Of a stretch of DNA of 64,000 bases, positions 39,313 through 51,935 are shown piece after piece. Both the position numbers and the translations under genes were made by a program. This stretch comes from Octopus vulgaris (Eukaryota). Position 1 is the stretch's first letter; each line of letters opens with the position of its first letter. A model generated the notes under the pieces. That model ran no database searches. It saw only the letters and a list, made by a program, of their open reading frames with translations, and had not been told where the DNA came from. The DNA lies in contig OX597820.1 in the NCBI GenBank assembly GCA_951406725.2, forward strand, positions 17,546,001-17,610,000. The letters are read 5' to 3'.

Positions 39313-40065
39313 TAAAAAAAGAAACGATTTCAAACTGCGATTAAAATAGGTAAGACCTACTTAATAAGGTATATGGTATTAAAACATCACAACATCATTT
39401 TTTAATGTCAACAAGTTGAACTTTTCTTCTGAATTGCAAGATTTAATTAGACAAAGAAGCAAAAAATACGGTTGTAATACCTTCGTGTTGTTCTAGTTGT
39501 AAGTACTATAATAACAGCACACTGTGGTAATTTTCAAAGAATATTATCTCGCTGTGTTTGGTGGTGAGGTGGCAGAATCGTTAGAGCGACGGGCAAAATG
39601 TTAAGTGACATTTCATCCGTTTTTTTTTTTTCTTACGTTCTGAGTTCAATTTCCGCCCTGGTCGACTTTGCGTTTCATCTTTTTCAGAGTCGAAAAAATA
39701 AGTACCAGTTGAGTACTGGGGTCGATGTAATCGATTAATCCTCTTCCCCGATATTGCTGTCTTTCTACCAAAATTTGAAACCAATATCATCTCGGTGTGT
39801 AAGCCAGTGATCTGGTAGAATCATCAGCACGCCGCCATTTCGGCCGTTCTGAGTTCAAATTACGTTGAGGTCGACTTTGTCTTTTATCCTTTAGGGGTCG
39901 ATAAAATAAGTATCAGTACACCATTAGTATTGACCTAACCGACTTCTCCACTCGCCCGAAAATTGTCGACTTTCTACACAAGCTTTGAAACCAATATTCT
40001 CTCGGCGTGTAAGTTTATAAGGGTTGTTTAATAACTTTTTATAAGGGTTTCTCTCTCTCTCTTTT

Positions 40066-40273
40066 TCTCTTTTACTTGTTTCAGTCATTTGACTGTGGCT
40101 ATGCTGGAGCACCGCCTTTAGTCGAGCAAATCGACCCCAGGACTTATTCTTTGTAAGCCTAGCACTTATTCTATCGGCCTCTTTTGCCGAACCGCTAGGT
40201 TACGAGGACATAAACACACCAGCATCGGTTGTCAAGTGATGTTAGGAAGACAAACATAGACACACAAATACAT

Positions 40274-40314
<41 letters not shown>

Positions 40315-40483
40315 CATATATACGTCGGGCTTCTTTCAGTTTCCGTCTACCAAATCCACTCACAAGGCTTTAGTCGGCCCGAGGCTATAGTAGAAGACAC
40401 TTCCCCAAGGTACCACGCAGTGGGACTGAACCCGGAATCATGTGGTTGGTAAGCAAGCTACTTACCACACAGCCACTCCTACG
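40066..40483 (-). mobile_element. SINE-A full length
   Basis: Reverse complement of 27-488. Confidence 0.85.
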
Positions 40484-42204
40484 CTAATAAGGGTTGTTTA
40501 ATACTTTTATTAAGGGTTGTTTGCCACTCCTACTAGAATGTTAGATAAGGAAAGTCCACTTTTAGTGCAGTGTTATACACGATAAGTTATTCCTCTGCGA
40601 GTTTAAGAAGGAGTTAATAGACCGACTGGTGTTTCAAACACCGATTATGAATGCATTGCGTGAAAACATCGCTTCGAGCGAATACACAAATATATTCCTG
40701 ACACTGAATATGTTCTGCTATACGGTGAAGAAAGTTTTTGTACCTTATGTACGAAAGCATGAGATTCTGTCCAGTGTTTCTGTGTTTGGTGTCCTAACAA
40801 AGCAATGTTATAATTTTTGCCTGCTTGTCCATTAAATACTGGTTGGGAAATGAATGCTGAAATTTTGCACTGAGTAAGAGAAGAATGAAAGGCCTTTGAC
40901 TAAAGCATAAAGTGTGCTCAAAGCAACAGCTGGACATGACTCTACGTGACAATGTCTTCTTCAATAGCACCGACCTTCCTGATCTCTTGTAAGCAAATTA
41001 AACATAAGCTACTACGACGAAAGAAGAACAAAGGTTTGTTACGACACAGAGGGCCAAAGAAAGATTCATATCCGAAATACTGTTTCTGACAAATATATGA
41101 AGCAAGGAAATCGAGAATAGATTGAAATGAACGATGTGATCGAGGAATACGGATATTCCGGTTTACAGACATGAGGTGAACTGGGACAGCTGTCAACTAG
41201 TATCCAAGAAGCCGGAAAAGGGCATTCGAAACACCCCCAAGACGATGAGATGATGACATAGTTGAAAAGTTCCGGCTCACATGAAGACAAGAGCGTCATC
41301 AGCCGTTCAAGAATTTGGGCCTAGAGATCTCCATTTCCAGCGACTTCGAGGGCCACCTCCCAGTGGTGTCGGGCGTCAACGAAAAGCCCTCGACTATAAC
41401 AAGGCGACCAAAGTTTTGTTTCCAAGGTCTGGGGTCTCCCGCCCCTAAGCCCTAGACCATCACCTAATCACCCTTACCCCATCTTGTTGCTTAACAACAA
41501 CAACGACAACAACAACAAGAGCGTCATCAAGAGAAGAATGGATGCGCACCGTGAAAAGCGATGTAGGAGGATGTTTGATAATCTGGTCGTTATAGCGATA
41601 GAGCGATATATGTTTGTGTGTCTATCTGTCTGTATTTATGCATGCACGTATGTGTGTATGTATATGTGTGTGTATGTGCATGTGTATGTGTTTGTATGTG
41701 TATGGATGTAGGTATATGTGCGTGTATGTATGTACGTATTTCTGTATGTATGTTTGTTTGTTCGCATGTATGTATGTATATATATGTGTATGTATGCGTG
41801 TATATATGTATGTATTTACGTGTGTCAGTTTGTGTATGTGTGTGTGTAGATACAGGTGGTTTCTCCGGTCGAGTATGAAATGAAGATTCCCAACAATTTG
41901 CTGAATAACCTGCACAGGTGATTTGTGCATAGAAATCAAATTATTTGTGCTGTTCATTAACTCACTTTCTCCTTCAAATCAGTAACACATGCGCAGGTAC
42001 GCGGTCTGCCAAACGTCAGCTGTCAAAGTGATCGCAGAGCAAACGGGAAAGGAAGCATTTTGCGCAAAGAACACAGCGCATCGCCCGGTTTGGGTGCTGA
42101 AACCACGATCTTGTGACTGTGAGAGCACTTATACATACATACACACATACAAATTTCTGTCAAATGTAAGCATAACAGGCCGGATATTGTTGCTTGAGAC
42201 ACGG

Positions 42205-42582
42205 GGACAAAGGTATGTACCATCAGCTGAAAATCAAAGAAAACGAGGATATCTATGGAAATCTGCTTCGAAACCACCAGCTTCTATATCCAGATTATGA
42301 TTTCATATGCATACCAATAATAATTGGAACACTAGGTTTTGTTAGTAAATGTTTAAAGGAGAATCTGGATAAACTGGGATTATCAGAAAGAGAAATCGAC
42401 CAACTGAATCGTACATTACAAGTGCAATCTGTAAGTGAAACAGTAGTAATATACAAGGCTTTTCTCAAATTCCAAATGTGAAGTTTTCTGTTTTAATTAC
42501 ATCCCAAAGATGAAGTCTTGTACCTTTGTTGGAAACCGGCTCCATCCTCAGTGGAACATTTATAATAATTAAAAATAAAAGA
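42205..42582 (+). pseudogene. 3' fragment of a restriction-like-endonuclease non-LTR element (R4/Dong-like)
   Basis: KENEDIYGNLLRNHQLLYPDYDFICIPIIIGTLGFVSKCLKENLDKLGL...LQVQSVSETVVIYKAFLKF resembles the RLE-element C-terminus; short 3' UTR ending A-rich. Confidence 0.55.
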
Positions 42583-43408
42583 GATATACATACGTGTGTA
42601 TCTGCAGAGTGAAACCGGTTGGCAAATATTAACCTTCAACTATGTCCGGATACTTATTGATCAGAACACGTATGTATGTATATATCTGTGTGTTCCTGTG
42701 TTTGGACCCCATCACCTTTTGACAACCGGTGTTGGTGTGCTTACGACCCCGTAACTTAGCGGTTCGGCAAAGTCATCGATAGAATAAATACCATGCTTAA
42801 AAAAGTACTGAGGTCGATACATTCGAATAAATGCTCATCGAGGTGATGCCCCAGCTTGGCTGCAATCTGACTGAAACAAGTAAAAGATAAAAATTTAAAA
42901 GTTTCGAATCTTAGTAAGTAAAACGCAGGGAGTCAGTAATCTCAATTTCGTAACTGCAGTGTCATGTTATGTAACGAAGAGCAATTCATTTATAACAATT
43001 TAAATTACGAAAAACTTTATATGAAAAGTATAAGCTAAACGACGACCAGATATAATGTAGAGTCTTAGTTCAGAAGTGATTAAAAGAAGTCATATATGCT
43101 TAATTAAATGGAATTCTGAATTTAAGTATATGGTTATTGAGAAATAGAAAATCAGTTAGTAATTTACGCTTATCAGGTAATTTTCAGATTAGAAAAAAAA
43201 ATTAATATTATTATCAATTGTAATGTAATTAATGTAAGTTCAGTAATTAGAAAGAAGCTACTGCAGTATATAAAAAATATGCAATCAGCACAGAGTTTGT
43301 TTATTGCATATGTATATATGTATATTTCATGTGTTTTACGATTACTAGACGTAATACATTCTGAGTTTCTGTTGATATTGAGTGCTTCCTCAGCACATAA
43401 ACTGCATA

Positions 43409-43781
43409 GGCGCAGGAGTGGTTGTGTGGTAAGTAGCTTGCTAACCAACCACATGGTTCCGGGTTCAGTCCCACTGCGTGGCATCTTGGGCAAGTGTCTT
43501 CTGCTATAGCCCCAGACCGACCAATACCTTGTGAGTGGATTTGGTAGACGGAAATATGTATGTGTGTGTGTTTGTGTGTCTGTGTTTGTCCCCCTAGCAT
43601 TGCTTGACAACCGATGCTGGTGTGTTTATGTCCCCGTAACTTAGCGGTTCGGCAAAAAGAGACCGATATAATAAGTACTGGGCTTACAAAAGAATATGTT
43701 CCGGGGTCGAGTTGCTCGATTAAAGGCAGTGCTCCAGCATGGCCGCAGTCAAATGACTGAAACAAGTAAAAGAGTAAAAGA
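43409..43781 (+). mobile_element. SINE-A full length
   Basis: Matches 27-488. Confidence 0.85.
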
Positions 43782-44527
43782 GATATGTATTGTTAATTTA
43801 CCGGATTTGTCCTTAGGAAAAAGGGAAAAAAATAGTATTTGTTAACTGGTGGTATTAATGTCCTTAAGCTTCCAAACACAGTTGGATATCTACGTTGCAT
43901 TTCTCTTTCTGAGTTTCGGAAAATATTGAATTGCATGTAAAATAAAACTCATATGTGCTTTTGTCTGCGGACACAATCGACTGAGGAAGATTGGTACACG
44001 AACTGAACAGAGAGTGTTGACAATGAGAGACGTTATAACGATAGGCAATGGAAAGAAAAATTATCGAGATCAAAACACTGCTTTGAGTGTAAATGATGGA
44101 GTTTCACTCGCACATACGCTCAAACATAGGTTTGAGCACACAACACACATACACATTTACAATATACATTGCGAGCACACAGCACACATACACATTTACA
44201 ATATACATTGACAGTCGTTTCTGAAAGAACAAAAAAAAACACACTTTCAAACAAAGAATTACGATAGTTTAACGATCTCTCGCTTTAAGTTCACATTTCG
44301 AGAGACCACGCTGGTAGGTAGCTAAAGTTAAGTGACAAAACAGCTTCGAAAATAGTTCTTTTTATTTTCATTTCGCTAAGTGTTCGTTTTAAATGTTAGT
44401 AATGTGATTAAATGGAAAGAGTCAACGGAAATAAATCAATCAGTTTGGAAACACTTTGACGGTCGTATCAGGAAAAAAAGGACTGTTTCAAGCAAACAAA
44501 AAACAATATTTTATTCATTCATATAAA

Positions 44528-44648
<121 letters not shown>

Positions 44649-44698
44649 TATACATATTTATCTATCTATCTACCTATCTATCTATCTATCTATCTATC

Positions 44699-44773
<75 letters not shown>

Positions 44774-44944
44774 TGAGATAGAGAGATAGATATAGATATA
44801 TACATACACACACGCGCGCGCACATACACATATACATATAATTTCAAAAGAAACGAGTATTTTTCTAAATCTTTACAAAGACACATACATTATGCAATAC
44901 GACGTAGAAATTATTTTCGAAAGAAAGCAATTTAATATTTAATT

Positions 44945-44996
44945 TCATATATATGTGTGTGTGTGTGTCTTTGCATACGTCTGCGAAAGTACCTTC

Positions 44997-45032
<36 letters not shown>

Positions 45033-45060
45033 CTTTGCATACGTCTGCGAAAGTACCTTC

Positions 45061-45098
<38 letters not shown>

Positions 45099-45268
45099 CT
45101 TTGCATACGTCTGCGATAGTACCTTCATATATATGTGTGTGTGTGTGTGTGCGTGTGTGTGTGTGTGTGTATTTGCATACGTCTGCGAAAGTACCTTCAT
45201 ATATATGTGTGTGTGTGTGTGTGCGTGTGTGTGTGTGTGTATTTGCTTACGTCTGCGAAAGTACCTTC

Positions 45269-45328
<60 letters not shown>

Positions 45329-45336
45329 GTGTGTGT
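44945..45336 (+). repeat. Compound minisatellite: five units of tttgcatacgtctgcgaaagtaccttc + (AT)n(GT)n
   Basis: Cores at about 44970, 45034, 45100, 45172 and 45242. Confidence 0.9.
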
Positions 45337-45584
45337 AGCTGTATGTTTGTATTAAATAAAATTGTTACATAAAAGTTTCATACGCGTAAAAACTACACCC
45401 GATTATTACTTTCGCATAAGACATCTGATAAAAAACGGTATCAATACTTGAGAAAAGAATGTTAACTAGAGAAGAACGGGAGTGTCGATGGACCTAATTT
45501 GAGTGCAGAACAATTAGAAGCTAAAAGGAAGTAGATCGATTTTTCAGTACAACATATCGAGGCAAATACGTAGGTATATAAGCA

Positions 45585-45654
<70 letters not shown>

Positions 45655-45751
45655 TGTTTGGAAAGTTGAACCAAAAGCGCTTTCACAAAATACTCTGTAC
45701 GAAAACATTCGCGAAAGTTTACAAATATTTATTTTAAAAAATATATTCTTG

Positions 45752-46144
45752 CCTTTTTACTCGCTGCACTCATTTGACTGCGGCCTTGCTGGAGCACCGC
45801 CTTAAAGGGTGTTTTAGTCGAAGTAATCGACTTACTCTTAGAAAGACTAGTACTTATTCTATCAGGTTCTTTTGCCGAACCGCTAGCTTACTGGTTCGTA
45901 AACACACCAACATCGGTTGTCAAGCGATGATGGGTGGGGAGACAAACATAGACACAAAAACACACACACATATATATATATATTTACGACGGGATTCTTT
46001 TCAGTTTCCATTCACCAATTCCACTCACAAGGCTTTGATCAGCCCGAGGCTGTAGCAGAAGTCATTCGCCCAAGGTAACGCGCAGTGGAACGGAACCCGG
46101 AACCATATGGTTTGGAAGCAAGCTTCTCCCCACACAGCCACGCC
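45752..46144 (-). mobile_element. SINE-A, diverged
   Basis: Reverse complement of family A. Other diverged copies lie near 7960-8180, 21485-21830, 29860-30015, 42680-42890, 46435-46795 and 58320-58560. Confidence 0.75.
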
Positions 46145-46155
46145 TTCATATACAT

Positions 46156-47488
46156 ATTTCTTTACTACCCACAAGGGGCTAAACACAGAGAGGACAAACA
46201 AAGATAGACAAACGGATTAAGTAGATTACATCGACCCCAGTGCGTAACTGGTACTTAATTTATCGACCCCGAAAGGATGAAAGGCAAAGTCGACCTCGGC
46301 GGAATTTGAACTCAGAATGTAACGGCAGACGAAATACTGCTAAGCATTTCGCCCGGCGTGCTAACGATTCTGCCAGCCACGCCTTCATATATAGTTTGTG
46401 TATGTATGTAAGAAGGAATGTATGTTCGTATAGGTACAGGTGTGGTCTTGGGTTTCAGAAACTCGCTTTGCAATTACATGGTTTTCAGTTCAATCCCACT
46501 GTGCAGCCTTTTGGGTAAGTGTCTTCTACTATTTCTCCAGGTAGACCATAGCCTTGTGAGTAAATTTCTTAAACAGAAAATGCTTGGAAGCCTATTACTC
46601 ATGTCTGTGCGTGCTGTGTGTGTGTGTGTGTGTGATTGACAATCAATTTTGGTTTGTTTATATCACTGTAAAAAAGAAAACAAACATAAAAACGATAGCT
46701 TAAGTACTTGGATTGATTTCTTTGTCTAAACCCTTTTCAAGGCGATGCACAACCATGGCTGCAGTTCAGAGATGGAAACAAGTAAAAGATAAACGATTCA
46801 CACACACACACACACACACACACAGAGTCCTACATACACACTTTCTATTATAGGCACCAGGCCAGAAATTTGAAGGAGGGGGATAGTCGATTAGATCGAC
46901 CCCAGTACTCAACCGGTACTTAATTTATCGATCCCGAAAGGATGAAAGGTAAAGTCGACCGCAGCAGAATTTGAACTCAGAACGTAACGACGGGCGAAAT
47001 ACTGCTAAACATCTCGTCCAGCGTGCTAACAATTCTTATTTCTTTACTGCCCATATGGGGCTACACACAGAGGGGACAAACAAGAACAGACAAAGGGATT
47101 ATGGCGATTACATCGACCCCAGTGCGTAACTGGTACTTAATTTATCAACCCTTGAAAGGATGAAAGGCAAAGTCAACATCGGCAGAATTTGAACTCAGAA
47201 CATAGCGGCAGACGAAATACTGCAAAACATTTCGTCCAACGTGCTAACAATTCTTTTTTTTTTTTTTACTACCCACAAGGGGCTAAACACAGAGAGGGAC
47301 AAAGAAGGACAGTCAAACGGATTAAGTCGATTATATCGATCCCAGTGCGTAACTGGTACTTATTTGATCGACCCCGAAAGGATGAAAGGCAAAGTCGACC
47401 TCGGCGGAATTTGAACTCAGAACGTAACGACGGGCGAAATACTGCTAAACATTTCGTGCAGCGTGCTAACAATTCTGCCAGCTCGCCG
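46156..47488 (-). mobile_element. SINE-B monomer (46156-46378) and trimer (46845-47488) around a diverged SINE-A
   Basis: Repeated family-B units. Further diverged copies at 39561-39995, 52000-52210, 52455-52654 and 54342-54702. Confidence 0.75.
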
Positions 47489-48370
47489 TCTTCTCAAACA
47501 TACACACACACTCACATATATGTATATGTATATTCCTATAAAATAGCTGGTTTTTCATGGTTTTTCTTTGGTGTACTTTAGTTTCTACTCTATTTTTCTC
47601 TTTTATGAAAGTTAAATGAAGTTAATTGAAATACATCACAGTCTTTACATATTCATTAAATTACATTTTTGTTTTTTTCTCGTTTCGCTCATAAATTCCT
47701 CACTTTGACTGAATCTCTGGTAATTAGGTGTCGATTTATTACATTATTTGCATTACAAAAGAAAACATCTCGGAAAAGAGAAAAGTGGGAGTCAACAGGT
47801 GCCTGTAGAATATATTGAGAGTAAGTACTTGGCCAAGAAAAAGTCGTCTTAGTTCAGAGTTCATTAGCTGTGTAGAAAGAGAGGTAATTTGAAATCTAAA
47901 CTAATACACAGATGTAGAATTTGGTAGAAATAGTTCTAATTTATTTTCTACCCCCATTGAAGCAACCGTTACTATCTAACAGACCGTTTTTCGGTTATGT
48001 TGTCCTATGAATACATTTAACTCAGCCCATTTTGCGTGGGGCGTTGTTCTTCCACTTGTTACTTCTTCGACCACGACTTGGCATCAGAAAACCAAGCCCA
48101 CGCCCAGTTAACAACTGTCGTTGGGCCTCTTCTTTTTCTTTTGTGAAGGCCCTAATTCATCGGTTAGAATTTAAATATCGTTGCGAGATGGTTCTTCCTT
48201 GGTCGTTTCATTTCTTTGCAAGGGAGAGAAACATTGTACTATAAGTCTATCCCAATTTTTTTTTCTCATTAGTGGCGAAGCAAATGAAATGAAATATAGT
48301 ATAGCCTAATCCATTGCCTCGCAAAACAGATAATCTTTCTTTCTCTCTCTCTCTTTCTCCCTCTCTCTCC

Positions 48371-48442
<72 letters not shown>

Positions 48443-48444
48443 TA

Positions 48445-48669
48445 ATAATAATATTAGAGAATAAATCTAAACTTACAGGGAAAATTAGATTTAGGATTAA
48501 ATCCAATTTTATAGTATAAATATATTGTATTATATTATATTAAATTAGAGATAAAACCACTATTAGGCAAATCAAACAGTGAAAAACATAAGCCAATACA
48601 TAAAATTAATTTAAAAATATAAAAGTTAAAATTAAAAAAATTATTTAAATAATTTAAACTTATAAATTT

Positions 48670-48702
<33 letters not shown>

Positions 48703-48894
48703 ATTTTTATATTTATATATTATTTTATTTATTAATTAATTAATTAATTTATTTATTTTATATATATTAAAAGTATTAAAAGTTTAATAAAAGATAAAGC
48801 TCTTTATCTTTTATTAAACTTTTAATACTTTTGATATATATTTTTAAAAAATAAATAAATTAATTAATTAATTAATTAATTAAATAATATATAA

Positions 48895-48935
<41 letters not shown>

Positions 48936-49086
48936 ATATATATATATATAAAATCTATAAGTTTAAATAGTTTAAATAATTTTTTATTTTTACTTTTATA
49001 TTTTAAAATTAATTTTATGTATTGGCTTATGTTTTTCACTGTTTGATTTGCCTAATAGTGGTTTTATCTCTAATTTAATATAATAT
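48445..49086. mobile_element. Foldback element F4: about 555-bp AT-rich palindrome (48531-49086) plus about 85-nt one-sided tail, in (TA)n
   Basis: taaattagagataaaaccactattaggcaaatcaaacagtgaaaaacataagccaataca is mirrored at 49017-49076. Centre aagataaag-ct-ctttatctt at 48800. An internally deleted relative lies at 56565-56672. Confidence 0.85.
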
Positions 49087-49113
49087 ATATATACATAATA
49101 TTATATTATATAT

Positions 49114-49267
49114 CCAAATTGAGGGAATGAAACAGGTTAAATGCACGTTATATATGTTACTTAGCTGACTGAACTTCTTGATGTAATGTAACTATTACAT
49201 CAAGAGGTTCAGTCACCTAAGAAGTATATGTAACGTGTATTTTACCTATTCCACTCCCTCAATTTGG
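49114..49267. repeat. Imperfect palindrome of 154 bp next to F4
   Basis: ccaaattgaggga...tccctcaatttgg; tgactgaacttcttgatgtaat / attacatcaagaggttcagtca. Confidence 0.75.
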
Positions 49268-49531
49268 GTTTTTATTCGCATTTGTAGCTGTAACTGTTGC
49301 GGAGCTGTATAGAAACTTTCAGATTTTCGAATTTCCTTGCAACTTCGATATGAGAGAAAGCGAACAAGTCTCGATGTCGGTAAATCGTTGCTGTTTCTTA
49401 TCGTACACTCTCCACTTCTTATTCTCTAGGAGAGAGGAAAAAAACAGAAGAAAAGAGATAAGAAGTGGAATACTAAAAAAAATGCACTTAGATAACACAC
49501 ATGTTCTATCTCTGAATAACTGGAAGTGCAG

Positions 49532-49562
<31 letters not shown>

Positions 49563-49568
<6 letters not shown>

Positions 49569-49643
49569 ATAAGATCGTTCATTTCAAATAAAATATCGAT
49601 CTTATCAAGTTGTCCTATTTTGAATTAACGATCTTATCCTTAT
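49563..49643. repeat. Short inverted repeat adjoining (TA)n
   Basis: ataaggataagatcgtt ... aacgatcttatccttat. Confidence 0.65.
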
Positions 49644-49848
49644 TTATATAAATTTAAATTTATTTCGTCACTGTATTTACTGCGGTGATGTTTTAACCAT
49701 ATCGCACATGGAATCAAGCGGGTGGCATTTTGAACTAGTCATGATGCATACGTGCATATATATGTATGTCTACGTTAGTATATGTAAGTATTCGTATGTT
49801 GTATTTATATATATCTATATGTATTTTTGTTTCTTTCTTTCTGTGTAT

Positions 49849-49907
49849 ATTCCACTGATGAGGCAAAGCATTCCTTAATGCAAAGACAGAAATCCGGGAT
49901 CTGGAAT
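49849..49907 (+). ncRNA. Type-I hammerhead-like ribozyme motif in a TA-flanked insert
   Basis: ATTCCA-CTGATGA-(27 nt with gcatt/aatgc hairpin)-GAAA-TCCGGGA-TC-TGGAAT: 6-bp stem I, intact core, AUC cleavage triplet. The base of stem II is imperfect. Confidence 0.55.
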
Positions 49908-50267
49908 TATCCTGTAATTTTTTACTAGTTTCATCTTGTCTCTTTGTCTTCTCTATGTTTTGCTATATGAACACTTAAGGTGGTTGCTATTTTCAGCATG
50001 GTGGTATCTCGTAGATACCCTAATTGATAATTTATTTATATATATATAACAGCTGTAAGATATAGTGTATATTTATATTTATATCTATTTATATTTATTT
50101 ATTTATATCCTCTTATAATGATTGTACCTACTGTATTGTATTACTCATTCATGTACGCTGTTTTGTTTAACCTTAATGTTCTTATGTAGTGGTTCAATAA
50201 AGTATGTGATTGGGTATTATCTGGTAGTTGATTAATGATTTAGATGTATTTCTCCATTTTCTAATTT

Positions 50268-50306
<39 letters not shown>

Positions 50307-50949
50307 TAATCAGGAGCATATTATTCAGGAGTGAATATTTATATAGATATTAATATTGGTATTATTATCGACGGCAATATAAATAGTTGATAATAATAGC
50401 AACATTAATATAGGTGGCTATATATAGCTACTGTTGATTCTGTTATTAATTTCAGTGTTATTTTGGGTTGCTTGAACGAGGATTCTATCTCTTATGTCTA
50501 GCAGGTAGATGCATTCATGTGTCCTTATGATTGGTGATATATATATATATATGGCGATCTTATCATTAGTGGGACGCGGTGATGAAATTTCAGTTATCAG
50601 ACCAACTGAATTCCTTTTCATGTAATTAATGTATTTTACAGGCACGTAATTTTATTGCAATCTTTAGAACGAATTATAATAGCATGATACAATTCAAGAA
50701 AGCTGGCTCGTTTCGAACTATTGGTATATTCCTGAAAAGGAGATAGAGAAGAAATCTCCTCAAATTTTGGAATTTTATTAATCGACCTTCGAGAGAATAA
50801 ATGGACAAATTTGGTCTCGGTGAATTTTGAACTCTGAGAGCAGAATGCCAATAAGAAGACCGCAAGGTAGTTTCAACGACATTCTAACGTTCCTGCCAAT
50901 TCGCCATTCTCAAATACTTTTACAAATCATGCACACACACTCTTGTATG

Positions 50950-51006
<57 letters not shown>

Positions 51007-51639
51007 GTAACGCACGTCATGTAGTTGACGGGAACCACTCAATATTGTTCAGTAATTGTTCTATGTTTATACGAAAGCCAATTCCTCTATTGAACGCAGT
51101 AACATCGACAGATTTTACTAAAGCCTGAATAGGACAGCATTTTCATGGAAATGTTACACACCTGAATAGAAATATGAACGTGAATGCTGGTCATCAATAA
51201 TAAAAGTGGGGGAATTGTATTTCCACCTGATTATGGAACCAGAATGACCAATTCTAGACAAGGCGCCTGCTTGGCGTCTACTAACGAGAACTGCTTTTCT
51301 ACATCAAGTGCAGTTCCGTAATACTTTTATTTATTTATATTAGAAAAAAATACCTGCTTTTTTATTTCATGCACGTATTTTTCTTCAGAAAATACCGTTA
51401 CCTGTAGCACTGACATATTCTAGATTTTAAACTACAATAAAACATTGGCTTGCCAATTGTTTCATTTTTTTATATTGTGTGGGAGTTTTTGTTTTTTTAT
51501 TGCGTTGGGTTGGGTGAAGGCACTTCGAATTCCTTTCGTTGAGCTATTTTAGAGACAGTATTACCGATGAACGATACAAAGCTTGCTTGCAAAACATGGA
51601 GGCCCCGACATTGTTTATACGTCATGCAATTTCAAGTTT

Positions 51640-51935
51640 GGAGGCGCAATGGCCCAGTGGTTAGGGCAGCGGACTCGCGGTCGGAGGATCGCGGTTTCGA
51701 TTTCCAAACCGGGTGTTGTGTGTGTTTATTGAACGAAAACATCTACAAGCTCCACGAGGCTCCTGCAGGGGGTGGTGGCGACGCCTGTTGTATTCTTTCG
51801 CCACATTTTCTCTCACTCTCTCTTCCTGTTTCTTGAGTAACGCTGCGAAGGACTGGCATCCCGTCCAGCTGGGGGGGGGGGAACACATACCCCATAGAAA
51901 CCGGGAAAGCGGGCCTATGACCCTGGCTAGGCTTG
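51640..51935 (+). mobile_element. SINE family C
   Basis: A box tggcccagtgg, B box ggtttcgatttcc. Confidence 0.8.

Noticed and set aside
40600-41480. Retroelement or exon remnant
   Set aside because: Higher-GC sequence, but I could not recover a convincing protein motif in any frame.
44945-45336. CRISPR array
   Set aside because: Eukaryotic context, spacers are microsatellites, and there are no cas genes.
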